DNA from: Ginglymostoma cirratum | Taxonomy: Eukaryota | Length of the DNA stretch: 64,000 nucleotides | Assembly (NCBI GenBank): GCA_024137785.1 | Contig: JAHRHZ010000271.1 | Location: 24,069,131 to 24,133,130 of the forward strand | Reading direction: 5' to 3' | Shown here: positions 1 to 13,540 of the stretch, in pieces | How the letters are laid out: the number at the start of each line of letters is the position of its first letter | Position numbering within the stretch: position 1 is the stretch's first letter | The notes under the pieces: generated by a model | Seen by the model: only the letters and a program-made list of their open reading frames with translations | The model's database searches: none | Told to the model about the DNA's origin: nothing | Program-made: the position numbers and the translations under genes

Positions 1-1075
1 TTATATGGTCCCAGAATCAAAGTTGTGTTTTTAAGGTAAAATAGAATTTGTATATATCTCTGTTTGGGGGATGCAGGGGTGGCAAATTCCACGGGAATAT
101 TGTGTGGGGAGAGTTTCAAAGAATGGAACAGACTAATTTTTGAAGGTGGTAACAAAGATACTACAGACTTAACTCAGAAGGCTGTAAGAAATTATTTGAG
201 TACTTCCTCAGAGACCATTAGAAATCAAGGATGCCCTGACCTGAAGTCACAAGCAGAAACTGAGAGTGGGGCCAACACTTGGAATGAAAATTCCATGTGC
301 ATGAAGATTTAAAACATATCAAATTAGATAATAAGGCCTGTGCAAGTGATCAGTAGTGGCATCTTCATGAACAGAAAAGGCTTTGGAAGTTAAACGTCGG
401 TCTGTGAAGCTGAGGAGTGTCCAAAGAGGATTCCAAAGAGCAATGGAAACTATGGTTTGAACTTAAGATAACTTAAATAACCCTCAAGATCCTGATTTGG
501 AATAAAAACACATGCTTTGTTTAATACGTGTGCAGTAGAAGTAGTGCGTAAAATGTGAAATCTTGTAACTTCTCTTAATAAAAAGAAATTCAACCACCCA
601 GTTAAAGGTTAATGACCTTTCTCAAATCATGATAGTACTCAGTTGAAGAGCACCAAGAACAGTCAAAAACAATTAATAGCTTTATTTCTGATTCATTGCT
701 CATAAATGGATATTTATTTCTGGGTTTTGAGTTAGGAATAGTAATTTCACTTGTTATTGCCCTGCAATGGAAGAGTGAAGGAATTATTCGAGTGATTTTC
801 CTGTTAGAGTGGTTTTATCCATATAATGACAGTGGATGGAGAATGTTCATCAGATTAAATGGGAAAACCATAATTTTCAGGAATCTAGGTTAAAAGAAGT
901 CAGAAGTCAGATTTACACCTTAGGAGGTAAAAGTGCATAATGAGCACTTGCCATCAATATTAAAGCATGCACTTCCCATAATTTTTGTTCACAGGGTTTA
1001 TTTACAGGATCCATGTTTATTTACAGGATCTGCAATTTATGTTTGTATAATGAAGAAATAAAATAACAATCATAC

Positions 1076-1126
1076 CTTTAGCTCTTCCTCCATTTCAGAA
1101 ACCTTCCTTTCCAAAGCACGTTTTTC
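1076..1126 (-). CDS. PPP1R12B: Coiled-coil exon (51 nt): EKRALERKVSEMEEELK
   Basis: Acceptor ttggtctttgacag|GAA, donor AAG|gtatga; RALERKxSEMEEE motif. The following leucine-zipper exon is not seen in 1-1075. Confidence 0.95.
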
Positions 1127-2570
1127 CTGTCAAAGACCAATTATACCCACATTAAAATACCAAAAACCGACGAGCATCGCCAGCTGTAACTTTTAAGTGT
1201 GTGTTTTGTTCTAAGTTTTTCACTGCTCTTGAAGCCAATATACAACTTTAGAAAATTAATTAATCATGATAGGTTTAGTCAGATATAATTCAGAAGGTAA
1301 TGAAGTCCAGAAATGCATGACCCCTACTTGCTTTGTGACCTTTAAGTCCATAATTTTGTGGGCCTTCAACAATTACATAAATTTTCTCAATCTAATGGAT
1401 ACAAGTTGACAGAAGGTGCAGGTTAGTTCACGTTAATTACAGAAATCTGATCAGATTTTGTTAACCTAAGTCCATTAGGCAGGTGCAATAAAATACTTTG
1501 ATTACAACTGTAACTTTTGTAATAACACCCTGAGTGGTGATGTGCAAATATCAGTGCACTCATTCAAATGAGTCATGACATTAAAACCAAATCACTCAGG
1601 TCTATACATCCTTTTACATTTCTGAATGTTTCATATATTGGGATCAATATCAATCGATCTGAAAAATAAAATGAAGCCAAAAAAAGAAATTTAAAGGGGA
1701 ACGGTATTTCAGGCAACATCTTACAGAACAGAGAGAAGAGAATGGATTCATCACAGCCTAACTAGATGGCTTATGCTCTCTCTCGCTGATTCTCTCAAGC
1801 TTCCTGAAGAACAATGTCTGGTGACAAAGCAAGATGGAGAAAAATCTATTGATGGAGAATTGAAAGATATCTACAAATTTTGCTGTGACTGAAGGTAAAA
1901 CATTAAACAATTGTGGTGTCAGATTAATATTTAACATTTCATCGACTACAACAACATTTCTACTGCCCATTTTTGATCTTCCTTTTTGTACTGGATACCA
2001 TTCCCTTTTTAAACTTTATACTTCTGTTTACATGGTATTTGATATCATGACATTATTTCTCTTGGGTTAGTATGGAATGAAATTCCCGTTTCTTTCATTT
2101 AAGTAAACCTTGTACTTGGTTTAATTTTGACCATAATATGTTTTATTTGAACAACTACATACCTGCATGAAGAGAATTTAAAATCTTTCCCGCGACCCAT
2201 ATGGGGTATTAGATAGTGGTAAACTGAGTCACCCCTCCTCACATGGTCATAACACAACAAGGGAGATGTGGGAATCATTCATGCAGTTACCTTTGTCATG
2301 CTCAATGAAAAGCTTACTGAGTTTTGATAGACTGCAGAAGTGATTGGTAACCCGGCTTTTTAATCAAATACAATAAAGCTTTTCTTACACCTCACCTAAA
2401 TAGCTATTGTCATTAAGTCATTCTTTATAATGGTAAAGTATTTGGTGAACAGTTTCAATTGGAAATTTAAGCTGCTGATAAACTATCTAGTAATGAACAG
2501 ATTTTTGTCCAGGTAATTCGATGCTTAGAAATTTATGGTGATTATTGGGGTGGGGGATAACAAAACATAC

Positions 2571-2621
2571 CCTTTTTTCCATCTCCAGCATTGAAGACTT
2601 ATCAGAAATCCGGTCTTGTTT
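2571..2621 (-). CDS. PPP1R12B: Coiled-coil exon (51 nt): KQDRISDKSSMLEMEKR
   Basis: Acceptor tgcatttcag|AAA, donor AGG|gtatgt; LEMEKR motif. Confidence 0.95.
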
Positions 2622-2739
2622 CTGAAATGCACAAGTGTCAATGTTAGCTGGTGCTAAATTATGAACAGAAATTTTCCACAGCATAGGAGTTACAGTGAAA
2701 AACACAACTCCATGAAAATCTCTTGTAATCTCTCTGAAC

Positions 2740-2844
2740 CTGTGTAGCTTTCTCCAGCTGTGTTTTTACTTCAGTGAGCTCCAGCTGTGCCTCCTGCAGT
2801 TTGGCTTTAAGTTTCTCATTTTCAGTCAAGGCCTCTTCATATAA
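2740..2844 (-). CDS. PPP1R12B: Coiled-coil exon (105 nt, phase 0/0): [35 protein letters not shown]
   Basis: Acceptor tttgttttacag|TTA, donor CAG|gttcag; KLQEAQLEL is MYPT2-type. Confidence 0.95.
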
Positions 2845-3529
2845 CTGTAAAACAAAATCAATGATTAAAACAGCCATATATTCTGAATTTTAACACAAGC
2901 AGCAAATTTTATTCACAGACACAGTACATTAACAGCATTTTAAATTGCATGTTCTTTAAAAACACAAAGTTCGCAGCTGTAATTATTTCAAAGGTAATAA
3001 ATTGGAATTGCTACTTTTAACGGGAAGAACTACCTGACCCAGCCTATCATTGGTGCAGGTTTTAATTTAAAAACTTTGCTACTTTCAGAAAACGTTCACT
3101 GGTGAGTATGGGGCATAAGTCTATCCTATCTAGTAAAAATTTAGAAAGTGAATTATGGCTTCGAATTAATCAGCTCGCATACTCAAAAAAAACCATGCTT
3201 GCAATCTTCCTGGCACATAGATTGTCCGACTGTCTGACTTTATTGACAGGAATTGGATCCCTGTTGTAAAGCTAATGATAGAGAAGAAACTAAGTACAAA
3301 GAAAACTAAGTTCACAGATCACAGAAAAGCTGATTTTGATGGGCTGAGAAGGCAACATTTTGACAAACAACCACGAAGAACAGCATTAGGAAACATTGTA
3401 ATTAAAATGTTCACAGTGCAGGAATACACGTTCCACTAAAAGAATTAATTAAGCACTCTAGGACTCCACGCACAAATAAAGACTAAACAGACAACTGAGA
3501 GTTCAGAAAAAGGCACATAAAGCACAATT

Positions 3530-3715
3530 GGCTGGACAACCAGAAGTCTGGATTCAATTCCTGTGCCGGCTGACGTTACCATGAAGGACTCTCCTTCTCA
3601 ACCTCTCCCCTCATCTTAGGTCTGGTGACACCAAGGCTAAACTCACCACCACTTGTTTCTATCTAATGAGAGCAGTACTGTGGCTCTGCTAGAACTATGG
3701 CAGCCTGACTTTTTT
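3530..3715 (+). mobile_element. SINE fragment (tRNA-derived head)
   Basis: Degenerate B-box ggattcaattcc followed by a body resembling recurrent elasmobranch SINEs and a T-rich end. Confidence 0.45.
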
Positions 3716-3799
3716 TTTGAACCAGAGAATAGAACAGATCAACATGACACTGAATAATGAGATGAATAATGAGATAAAGGCACTTAAAATTATAAAGAG

Positions 3800-4720
3800 G
3801 AATATATTGAATAAATTAATCAAATTCAGGATAAAACTCTTGGTCCAGACAGACTGCATTCACTTAATATACAAGAATCTAGAGTAGAGAAACCAGAGGC
3901 AATACTGCACAGGAAAAATAAGTTGTACCAGAATACTGGAGATCAAAAACATATAACTCCTATATTTAAGAAATGGACAACATATGTTATAGACCAGTAA
4001 TCTGAACACTAGTGGTAAAACAAGAGAAACTTTTCGTAAAGGATAATTGAAGAACATTAAGAAACTATGCCAAATGCTTGTATGGATTTTCAAAAGGAAT
4101 GGGAGTCTGTGTAGACAATGGTAATGGAATAGGTGTAATTTATCTTATTTCTCATAAGGCACCTAGAAATAGAATGATGAATAATGTCAGAATATGGAGC
4201 CTGGGGTAGAATGGAATGCTATCTGCTCTCAAGACAGAATGAGGTAAGAAATGGTGTGCTACAGGCATCAGCACAGGGATCATTACTTTTCACAATCTAC
4301 ATTAGAGCTTTGCTCAAATGATAAAACATTCTGTTGAAGCCTTTTGTCTTGCATCCATCAGTATAAGTGTTGCTTTTGCCCTTGAATTAATATCCTTGCA
4401 AAATGCCCTGATGCATGCAAAATAAAAAAAACTTTGACAAAACTGTGTCTTTATCTCAGCATAGATTGAGTATTTCTGTATAATGTTCAAATATTCAAAG
4501 TTAGCTTGCAAAAAAACTCATGGCATGAAGACCTCATGGCTTGCAAACAGGAAGGAAAGAGGGATAGAAAAACATGGAAGATTAGAAATGGAAAGATAAA
4601 ACATGCACATTTTAAATGAAAACAATAGGCAAAGATATTGGGCGACTCTTAATAGAAATTGGCTGTGTCCATTTTCATGAGTTTCATGGAGAGTTTCTCT
4701 CTGCAAGGCCTAGGTTTCTC
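3800..4720 (+). mobile_element. Highly decayed CR1-like LINE remnants
   Basis: Traces of RT-region motifs (ggtccagac...gcattcac, tatagaccagt, atggattttcaaaaggaa); no open frame. Confidence 0.4.
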
Positions 4721-4779
4721 ATGCTGCTTTCCCAAACTCGCCTCATTACCTACACACCATGCCACTATTGTGCCCCACA

Positions 4780-4880
4780 GGTTCTGAGGAAGGGTCACCG
4801 GACCTGAAACGTTAACTCTGTATTTTCCTTCACAGATGCTGCCAGACCTGTTGAGCTTTTCCAGCAACTTTGTTTTTGTG
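4780..4880 (+). ncRNA. Penelope-type terminal repeat fragment with an intact minimal hammerhead ribozyme motif
   Basis: ggtt CTGAGGA a GGGTC accg GACCT GAAAC GTT aact (4780-4817): CUGANGA and GAAA core, stem II, palindromic AACGTT stem III, short stem I. Confidence 0.7.
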
Positions 4881-5983
4881 CCCCACTTGTTGTATTCTCC
4901 CACTTGCCATAGGCAGAAATAGTCACCATTACCAGGATATCTCAGGCTACCAGGCACCATACTTAAAAGGCTCTTGCACACTAAGTCAAGCATTAGCAGT
5001 CCAGGGCTGCCCTGCACAGTTCATGTTATTTGCCCGAGACAGGTATTCATTCTGACCTTCACACTGAGGAATTGTAGCCATCCAGTTTTAATTGGCAGGA
5101 AGTTGATTCAGAAACTCCATATGATGTTAGATTAGGTAATAATGAGATGTCAAATGAATAATAATACATGCAGATAGGCCTCTCGCTGCTCACTGGTGAG
5201 AATCTCGCCTTGTCGTTTGACACGTGGCTGGAAAACGAAACTTTGTTTTCAAAATGTTGAGAAACTACTTGTTGGCCACATAGACCTATTTTCCTAACTT
5301 TCTTGTCAATGTCCATTTCATTCAATGCCTGGGTAGATTCAAGTATTTTTTTTGCCAGGATATACAGTTGAGTGGGTGTTTCATAGCAACATTGTAAGAG
5401 AAGAACTGCCCAGTAATTGAATGGATTGTTAAGGACCATGCCTATTTTAAGTTTTCTGAAAAGAGCACTTCTTCCACTAAACCGCAAGTCAATTTGGGTG
5501 ATTTATATCTGTTTACAAATGGAATACTCAGCATATCGACTCTTGTTACTTTATATGGAATTAAAGGAGCAATTACATTTAAGATGGAGCTAGTACAAAC
5601 CACAAAGTGGTTGAAACTAGACATATGTATACTTGTGCAGCAAAATAAATGTTGTAAATTACTTGCAGGTTTCTATAAAGATTCTTAATTTTCAGATGAT
5701 ACAGCCACCCATAAATTATTACTGAACTGTTTTGGATAAGATCCTCATAGTTTTATTCCTTCAGTTTGTTTTAAAGGATACTGTTAGTGTACTTAAAATT
5801 ATACATCATACAATAGTGGGTAATGTTAACATTTACCTCTAGGATTTGGTTTAAAGTATAGACCTAAATTTCCATTCCTAGACATTTAAATCTAGAACAA
5901 AAACGAACATTTCTCTAGTCCATAGTCAGAATTTGACCTTCCAAAAATTGGCTCCTAAACAGTCATGATATTTTCAGGTTTAT

Positions 5984-6235
5984 GAACAAAAACAGAAGTT
6001 GCTCAAAAAGCTCAGCAGATCTGGCAGCACCTGTAAATAAAAAAAAAAAAAAAAAAAAAAAATCACAGGTAACGTTTTGGGTCCTCAAAGTTCTGAGGAA
6101 GGGTCACTAGACCCAAAACATTAACTGTGGCTTTTTTTCTTCACAGATGCTGCCAAACCTTCCGAGCTTTTTGAGCAACTTCTGTTTTTGTTCCTGATTT
6201 ACAGTATCCATAGTTCTTTCAGTTTTTATTTCAGA
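5984..6235. mobile_element. Palindromic Penelope-derived short element with an A-run
   Basis: aacaaaaacagaagttgctcaaaaagctc ... gagctttttgagcaacttctgtttttgtt inverted arms around a degenerate hammerhead (6093-6126); poly(A) at about 6039-6062. Confidence 0.75.
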
Positions 6236-7126
6236 TTTATTCCTGACTAGGGGTCACATGGGTGAAACACAGGATGTTTTTCCTCTGGTACATTTCAAGT
6301 CATATTTGGTCATTTTTAAATGAGTTACAATGAAGAAAACGCTGTCTGTCAGCATCAAAGCTTCAATTTAAAATGAAACGTCTTCCAAGCCTTGCAGCAA
6401 AACTACTGGCACAATTATAAAGTAACATCGGATTTTAACAAAAAGCATGCAGGGCATCTCACAGGTCACCACATAAAGCATTCTCGAAAGGAATTCAGAA
6501 AAAAGTAAAAGATACTTCCAAAATTGAGACACTGCAAAATTAAAATCAACATGGATTGGAACCTCACACTAACCAAGGTTTTTCACTGACCAAATACAAC
6601 TCAACATTCTGCTTCCTTATTCATTACACCATTAATTACAAAGCATTGTGCCTGAGAGTTTCCAAGTTTTAATGAATTTTACGATAAAACATATTTCCCT
6701 ATTATAGTGTGTATAAACAAGGACACATTAAAAGGGACTGAACGAGGACACGTCCCCAACATCAACCTTTTCCCATTAATTTGGTTTTGCTGTGAGTAAA
6801 CCGTACACGTTAAAAGGATAATTTGGGAATTTTGAGCAAGATGCAATTTTGTAGTCGTTCAATTAATTGAAGTAGGAAATGTCTAGACTTATAGAATATT
6901 ATAATCTTAATACAAAATTCAACTTCACAAAAAGAAGGTGGAGCCGGATCTGGAAAGGCTAAGATACAACCTCTGCATAGGAATGAGCAAGAGGATAAAG
7001 TGCAAGGCCAAAATGAAGATAAACAGTTTTTTTCATATTAGGCTGCCCAAATACATATCCAAGAATCTACAAATCATTATGAATCTGACATCAACTCACA
7101 CCCTAATCCAAGGAAAAATCACCTAC

Positions 7127-7274
7127 CTTCTTGTAATCCTTTACACTGTCTTCCTGTTCTACTTTGCTAAGGGATGACAATCGATTCTCCCTGCGTGTGT
7201 ATGAACTGGCTCGACTTAATAAACGGTCACTGTAACTGTCAGCTGTTGAGGAATTTGATGATCCTGAATCCAAC
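7127..7274 (-). CDS. PPP1R12B: MYPT2/M20 coding exon (148 nt, phase 2/0): (R)LDSGSSNSSTADSYSDRLLSRASSYTRRENRLSSLSKVEQEDSVKDYKK
   Basis: Acceptor ttttatgtttag|G, donor AAG|gtaggt; RLDSGSSN...DSYSDR...DYKK matches MYPT2 RLESGGSN...DSYGDR...RDYKK. Confidence 0.93.
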
Positions 7275-8139
7275 CTAAACATAAAAGCTGCAATTAAATG
7301 ATGTTACATATTGGAACATACAAAATGCAGCCACTAACCAACTTTGTATTAATGCAGTCGTAAATCAAATATCTATATTAAGTAATGCTATGGTTGCAGC
7401 ATTTCAGAACTGATAACAGATTCCGAAAATGGTCAATAAAGTTCTAATATTACAAAATGGTCCAACATGTTTCTCTGTAATAAAACAAAATATAACATCA
7501 GTCCAATTAACAAGGTGCAAGAGCAATTAAAAATATAAATAGCAACAAGAGTAGGCCACAAGCTCGTAACCCTGCTCTGCCAATTAATAAATCGCGGCTG
7601 ATCAAATCCTCCCCTCACTTTCACTTTCCTTCCTGTCTCCACCTCCTCCAACAATCCTCAATTCCCTTGCAGGTCACAAAGATTGGTGTGACTCAGTCTT
7701 GAGTATATTCAACAACTCATTCTCCATGGCTTTGTCAGAGAATTCCACACACTAGCAATCCTCTAAGAAATTCTTAATCTATCTTAAATGGAAGACCTCT
7801 TCGAACTTAGCCCTACTCCCCTCCACTGGAGTTCTAAACTTTGATTTTGTATAGACCCGAGGCATGGACCTTGTCAAATATTTTACTAACAGACCATACT
7901 GAATAATTTTAAATTAGCTATAAAGATACTGCGACCAATTACGCAACAATTCTTTAAATAACATAGCGTCTTTTTAAAACAGCTCCCAAAAATTATTTGT
8001 CAAATCATCCAATAAAAAGTAGATAACTAAAATATTATTTATACACATGTACAATAGTGAATAATAAAAAAAATTAAGCTATTTTATTTAACGAACACAG
8101 ATGTAGATTTGGGCCACACAATATGACAAAGGTTCTTAC

Positions 8140-8156
8140 CTGCTGATTCGATCATG
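8140..8156 (-). CDS. PPP1R12B: 17-nt microexon (phase 0/2): HDRIS(R)
   Basis: cttttttttt ctcttatttttcag|CATGATCGAATCAGCAG|gtaaga; supplies exactly the phase needed by the next exon; equivalent to mammalian HERLSR. Confidence 0.9.
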
Positions 8157-9346
8157 CTGAAAAATAAGAGAAAAAAAAAGCCTTTTAGGATGTCGCTGAG
8201 TGCTAATGAACAACATTGTGAAATCCAGGCTAGTGATTTTGGGTTGTAATTAAACTTTGTTTGCAAGAGAACAGTTTCAGTCTGTGCTTACAAGATATAT
8301 TACAAAAATGTGCAATATTATCCTGGAGAAAGAGCACCTTGCAATTACTTGCTACTGATGCAGTTCACTGAGATCTTTCCTGCTGTATCTTTTGGTCAAA
8401 AAACAGCTGCCTTGATGATGTGCCTGATAGAAGGTTTGGAAGGTTGCCAGCAAGTTTGCCCTTCTGGATACGTTCTGGGAATAGACTCTCAGCCAGAAAC
8501 AAATTTTACAGTTTTTTGCCTGGACGAACAGGCATGGTGATGCCAGCCAGGGAATGAATTGGTTAAGTTACCATCACTTATCTTTTAATGCTACAGGTCT
8601 AAACACAGCAACAACTCAAAATAAAATACAATCTCTCAGCTGGGAGATAGAAACAATATGAAGCGAAAGACAACTTTCAGCAAAAACATTTGTTTCCTCT
8701 TTCTTTGTAATAATAGTTTATATTAATTTCAATTGCTTATCAAATTCTGATCATGTTTCACTGTAAAATTACCTTGTTTTGTATTTAAGCAAAAATTCAA
8801 AATATCTTCATTGGCTTATAAAATAACTAAGCCACGCAGACCAAGTGAAAACAAGTTAGTTCTGTTAATTTTTTTGCAAGTGCAGTACAGTTGGCCCCCT
8901 TGGCATTGAGAAGTGTAGAGTTGCCCACAAACTTACAAGTCAACCACAAACTTACAAATTCCACTGAAAATATACGTGCTCTATAGAAAAATATAGTAAT
9001 CACGGTAATGAAGCCTACTGCAGCCAAAGTTCTCATATGAAGACAAAATTTAGCACAGAGAACTCATTGCTGTCGAAACAATTCTCCAGTCCATACTGTT
9101 TTCATAGAAAGAATACTGGCCTCTGTATTACCAGACAGGAGCTACAAACCATTAGTTATTACTGCAAACAGAAAGTCAATGGGCTACAGAATAAGTCACG
9201 CACTGTTACAATGCTTTTACACTATTATGGGATCTTCCACGAAAATCCCATGTAAATGACAATAGTTAAATTATACACATGACTTCTGTAGTTATTGTTG
9301 AAGGTACTTAATTTTAATTTGTTACATTGTAATTTTGAATTTGTAC

Positions 9347-12300
9347 AAAAAGAACAAAGAATAAGAGAAGTACAGCAGAGGAACAGGCCCTTCAGCCCTC
9401 CAAGCCTGTGCCGATCATGCCCAAACTAAATAAAAATTTTCTGTCCTTATTTGGTCCGTATCCCTCTACTCCCTCCCTATTCATGTAACCATTGAGATGC
9501 CTCTTAAATGTCGCCAACACGCCTGCTTCCACCACCTCTTCTAACAGTGCGATCCAGGCTCCTACCACATTCTGCGTGAAAAACTTACCTCGCACATTTC
9601 CCTTAAACATTCCCCCTCTCGCCTTGAACCTGTGTCCCGTTGTAATTGAAACTTCAACCCTGGGAAAAAGCCTCTGACTATCCATCCTATCTATGCCTCT
9701 CATAATTTTGTAGACCTATATCAAATCTCCTCTCAGCTGCTGTCTTTCCAGTGAAAACAACCCTAGTCTTTTTAACCTTTCCTCATAGCCAATGCCCTCG
9801 TAACTGGACAACATCCTGGTAAACATTTGCTGCACTCTCTCCAAAGCTTCCATGTCCTTCTGGTAGTGTGGCGACCAAAACGGCTCACAATGCTCCAAAT
9901 GTGGCCAAAGAAGGGTTTTGTATAGCTGCAAAATGGTTTGCCAACTCTTGTATTCCATGCCCTGGCCGATGAAGGCAAGCGTGTCATATGCCTTCTTGAT
10001 TAGTTTGGCCACCCGTGTTGCCACTTTTAGGGAACTGTGGACCTGCATGCCCAGATCCATCCGTATGTTAGTGTTCCTATGGGTTCTGCCATAATGGTAT
10101 AATTCAGACCTAAGTTTGATCCTCCAAAATGCATCATCTTGCATTTGTCTGGATTAAACTCCATCTGCCATTTCTGTGCCCAAGTCACCAATTTATATCC
10201 TGTTGCATCCTGTCACAATCGTTGGCACTATCAACAACTCCACCAATCTTCATGCCATCTGCAAATTTACGAATCAGACCACCCGCATTTTCATCCAGAT
10301 CATTTATATATATTGCGAACAACAGGAGACCTGAGACTGATCCCTATGGAACACCGCTAGTTACCAGTCTCCATTCTCCATCCTTCCACCGCTATCCTCA
10401 GTCTCCTATGACCAAGCCAGTTTTGTATCCATGTAGCCAGCCCACCCCGAATTCCATGTGGTTTCAGTTTTTGTACCTATCTGCCTTGTGGGACTTTACC
10501 AAATGCCTTACTAAAGTCCAGATAAATCACATCCACAGCTGTTCGCTCATCAGTTGTCTTTGTCGCCTCTTCAAAATTTCAATCATCTTGGTGAGACATG
10601 ATATTCCCCATACAAGGCCATGCTGTCTATCACTAACTAGTCCATTTTCTTCCAGATGTGCATATATCTCATTCCTCGGTAGCTTCTTCGAGAGCCTCCC
10701 CACCACAGACGTTAGGTACACTGGCCTATAATTCCCTGGATTATCCCTGCTTCCTTTCTTAAACAAGGGAACAACAATGGATAATCTCCAGTTCTCTGAA
10801 ACCTTGACTGTGGTCAAGGAGGATGTGAATATATCTGCTAGTGCCCCAGCTCTTTCTTCCCTTGCCTCTTGCAGTAACCTGGGATAGATCTCATCTGGCC
10901 CTGGGAACTATTCTACCTTAATGCAATTTAGGATACCCAAAACTTCCTCCTTATTTACATTCGACAGAGTATTCACACACTCATGCCTAAGCTCAACATC
11001 AGTCATGTCCTTCTCCTTGGTGAATACCGATTCAAAGCAGTCATTAAGGATCTCTCCCTCTTCCAGTGGCTCCACATGCAACCTCCCTCCTTTGTCCTTG
11101 AGTGGGCCTTTTCTTTCCCTTGCTATTCTCTATCTTCTAATATACGCATAAAAAGCCTTGGAATTCACCTTGACCTTGTTTGCGAAAGACACTTCATGGC
11201 TCCTTTTAGCCTTCCCTAATTCTGCATTTAAGCTCCTTCCTAATTTCTCTATACTCTTCAAGGGCTTTGTCACTTCGTAGCTGCCTAGACCTATTGTATG
11301 CTTCTTTTTTCCTTTTGACTAAGCTTACAATTTCCATTGTCATCCATGGTTCCTGAATCCTGCCATTCCTACCTTTCCATTTTGCAGAGACATGCATGTC
11401 CTGCACTTTAATTAACTGGTCTTTAAAAGCCTCCCACATGCCAGACGTAGATTTGCCCACTAATAACTGCTCCCAATTCACATTCCCCAGTTCCTGCCTA
11501 ATTTGGATGTAATTGGCCCTTGCCCAATTAAGCACCCTCACCCTAGGGCCAGTCTTGTCCTTGTCCATGACTACTCAAAATTTTATGGAGTTGTGGTCAC
11601 TAAGTCCAAAATGCTCTCTTGTTGAGACATCGATCACTTGTCTTGGCTCATTCCCTAATACCAAGTCTGGCATGGCCTCCTCTATGGTTGGAATATCAAC
11701 ATACTGTCTCAAAAAGCTCTCCTGGACACATCTAACAAATTGCTCTCCATCCAAGCGCTTGGCTCTAAGACGGTCCCAGTCAATAAGAGGAAAGTTGAAG
11801 TCACCCCGCCCACAGCTACCCTGCTTTTTACACACCAAACAACTACCAACATTGCGATTTCACCCTTTCTATTCCTGAGCTCCACCCATAATGCCACTGC
11901 AAGATCCCTTTGAGGTGTCCTCCCTCAACACAGCTGTGATGTGATCCCTAATCAGCAATGCAACACACCCCCTTTTTGTTTCCCTTTCTGTCCCTTCTAA
12001 AACAGTGAAATCCTGGAATGTTAAACTGCCGGTCCTGTCCCTCCCTTAACCATGTCTATGTAATGGCAATAACATCATAATTCCATACATTAATCCGTGC
12101 TCTTAGTTCATCTGCCTTACCGGTTATATTTCTTGCTTTAAAGTAAATGCACTCCAGACCTCCAGTCCCTGAGCCCTCCGACTTCCTTCTGCCTGCTTTT
12201 ATTCTGCACTAAGCATATCTCAGTCTTTTTTGTCCCCAGTCCCTGCACTTACTGGCCTGTTGTTCTGGTTCCCAAGCCCCTGCCACACTAGTTTAAACCC

Positions 12301-13260
12301 TCCTGAAGACCTCTAGCTAACCTCCCACCCAGGATCCTGGTGCTCGTCCAGCTGACGTGCAACCTGTCCTCCTTGAACAGATCCCAACTTCCCCAGAAGA
12401 CATCCCAATGAGCCATATATCTAAAGCCCACCGTCTGACACCAGCTCTGAAGCCACATGTTCAACAGTACTCTCTTGGTTCCAAGCACACGGCACAGGTA
12501 GTAATCCTGAGATTACTACCTGCTGGTCTTGCTTTTTAGCTCCCTACCTAACTCCCTGAATTATCTTCGCAGGATCGCTCCCTTCTTCCTACCCATGTCA
12601 TTTATGCCAATGTGGACAATGACTTCTATCTGTTTTGGCCTCCCGTTTCAGGATGTCCTGTTCCCACTCAGACATCCAGGACTCTGGCACTAGGAAGGCA
12701 ACACAACATCCTAGGACTTTGTTCACAGCCACAGAAACGCCTGTCTGTGCTCCCGGCTATCGAGTCACCTACAACTATTGCTCGCCAGGACTTTGCCCCA
12801 CCCTGGTTCTGCTACAGAGCAGTTGTGGTGCCACAGGTCTCGCCGCTGCTTGTACTATCTCTTAAGAGGCTATCCCCTCCACAAATCCTCAACAGTATCC
12901 AAAATGGTATACCTGTTTGAGAAGGGAATAGCCACAAGAGATTCCTGCACTACATGCCTCCCTCTCCTGGCAGTCACCCATCTATCTATCTGGACCTGTG
13001 GTGTGACCATGTCCCTAAAGCTAGTGTCTGTTACTCTCTCTGCCCCCTGTATGCACCGCAGCATGTCCAGCTGAACCACGCAGACTATGAGGAGCTGCAG
13101 CTGGTCACACTTCCAGCAGATGTAGTTGTGAGGGACACTAGACTGCTCCCTGATTTCCCACATCTGGCAGGAGGAGCATACCACTGCCCTAACTGCCATC
13201 TCCGCCCTTGTACCGTTTGCTACAGTTTACTCCAGTTTAAAGTTTGCATTTACCACAAGG
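9347..13260 (-). mobile_element. Near full-length, decayed CR1-clade LINE (ORF1 zinc finger/esterase, ORF2 endonuclease and RT)
   Basis: ORF1 MAVRAVVCSSCQMWE...ICWKC at 13199; endonuclease GDFNFPLIDW and SDHNSI; RT PLFKKGSRDNPGNYRPV; C-terminal LERVQ...RLGLFSLE; short-repeat 3' tail at about 9350; many frameshifts and deletions. Confidence 0.92.
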
Positions 13261-13409
13261 CATCTAAAGGTCTAGCAGTATGATAAAATCTGAGCAAAGT
13301 ACTATGGCTGGCTTCAGAATTAGTCAGTGTAAAGATATTATACTGATATATCCATAAACAGGCAGTAAATTCGGGAAATGGTCAGGGTGTTAAATGCTTC
13401 CACCATCAG

Positions 13410-13540
13410 CTGTTCTGATGGAAATTAATTCATAATGGAGGATAACACTGTTTCTTTCCACAGATGCTGCTTGACCTGCTGAGTATTTCTGTGTTCTGTT
13501 TTATTTCAGGGTTCCAACATTTGCAGTATTTTCTTTTGTA
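13410..13540 (+). mobile_element. Decayed Penelope-type terminal repeat fragment
   Basis: ccacagatgctgcttgacctgctgagtatttc...ttccaacatttgcag, shared with the other short elements. Confidence 0.6.

Noticed and set aside
996-1030. Tandem duplication of gtttatttacaggatc
   Set aside because: Two-copy slippage-type duplication with no evident function.
1-1075. Terminal leucine-zipper exon ([24 protein letters not shown])
   Set aside because: Not found on reading; presumably beyond the window start.
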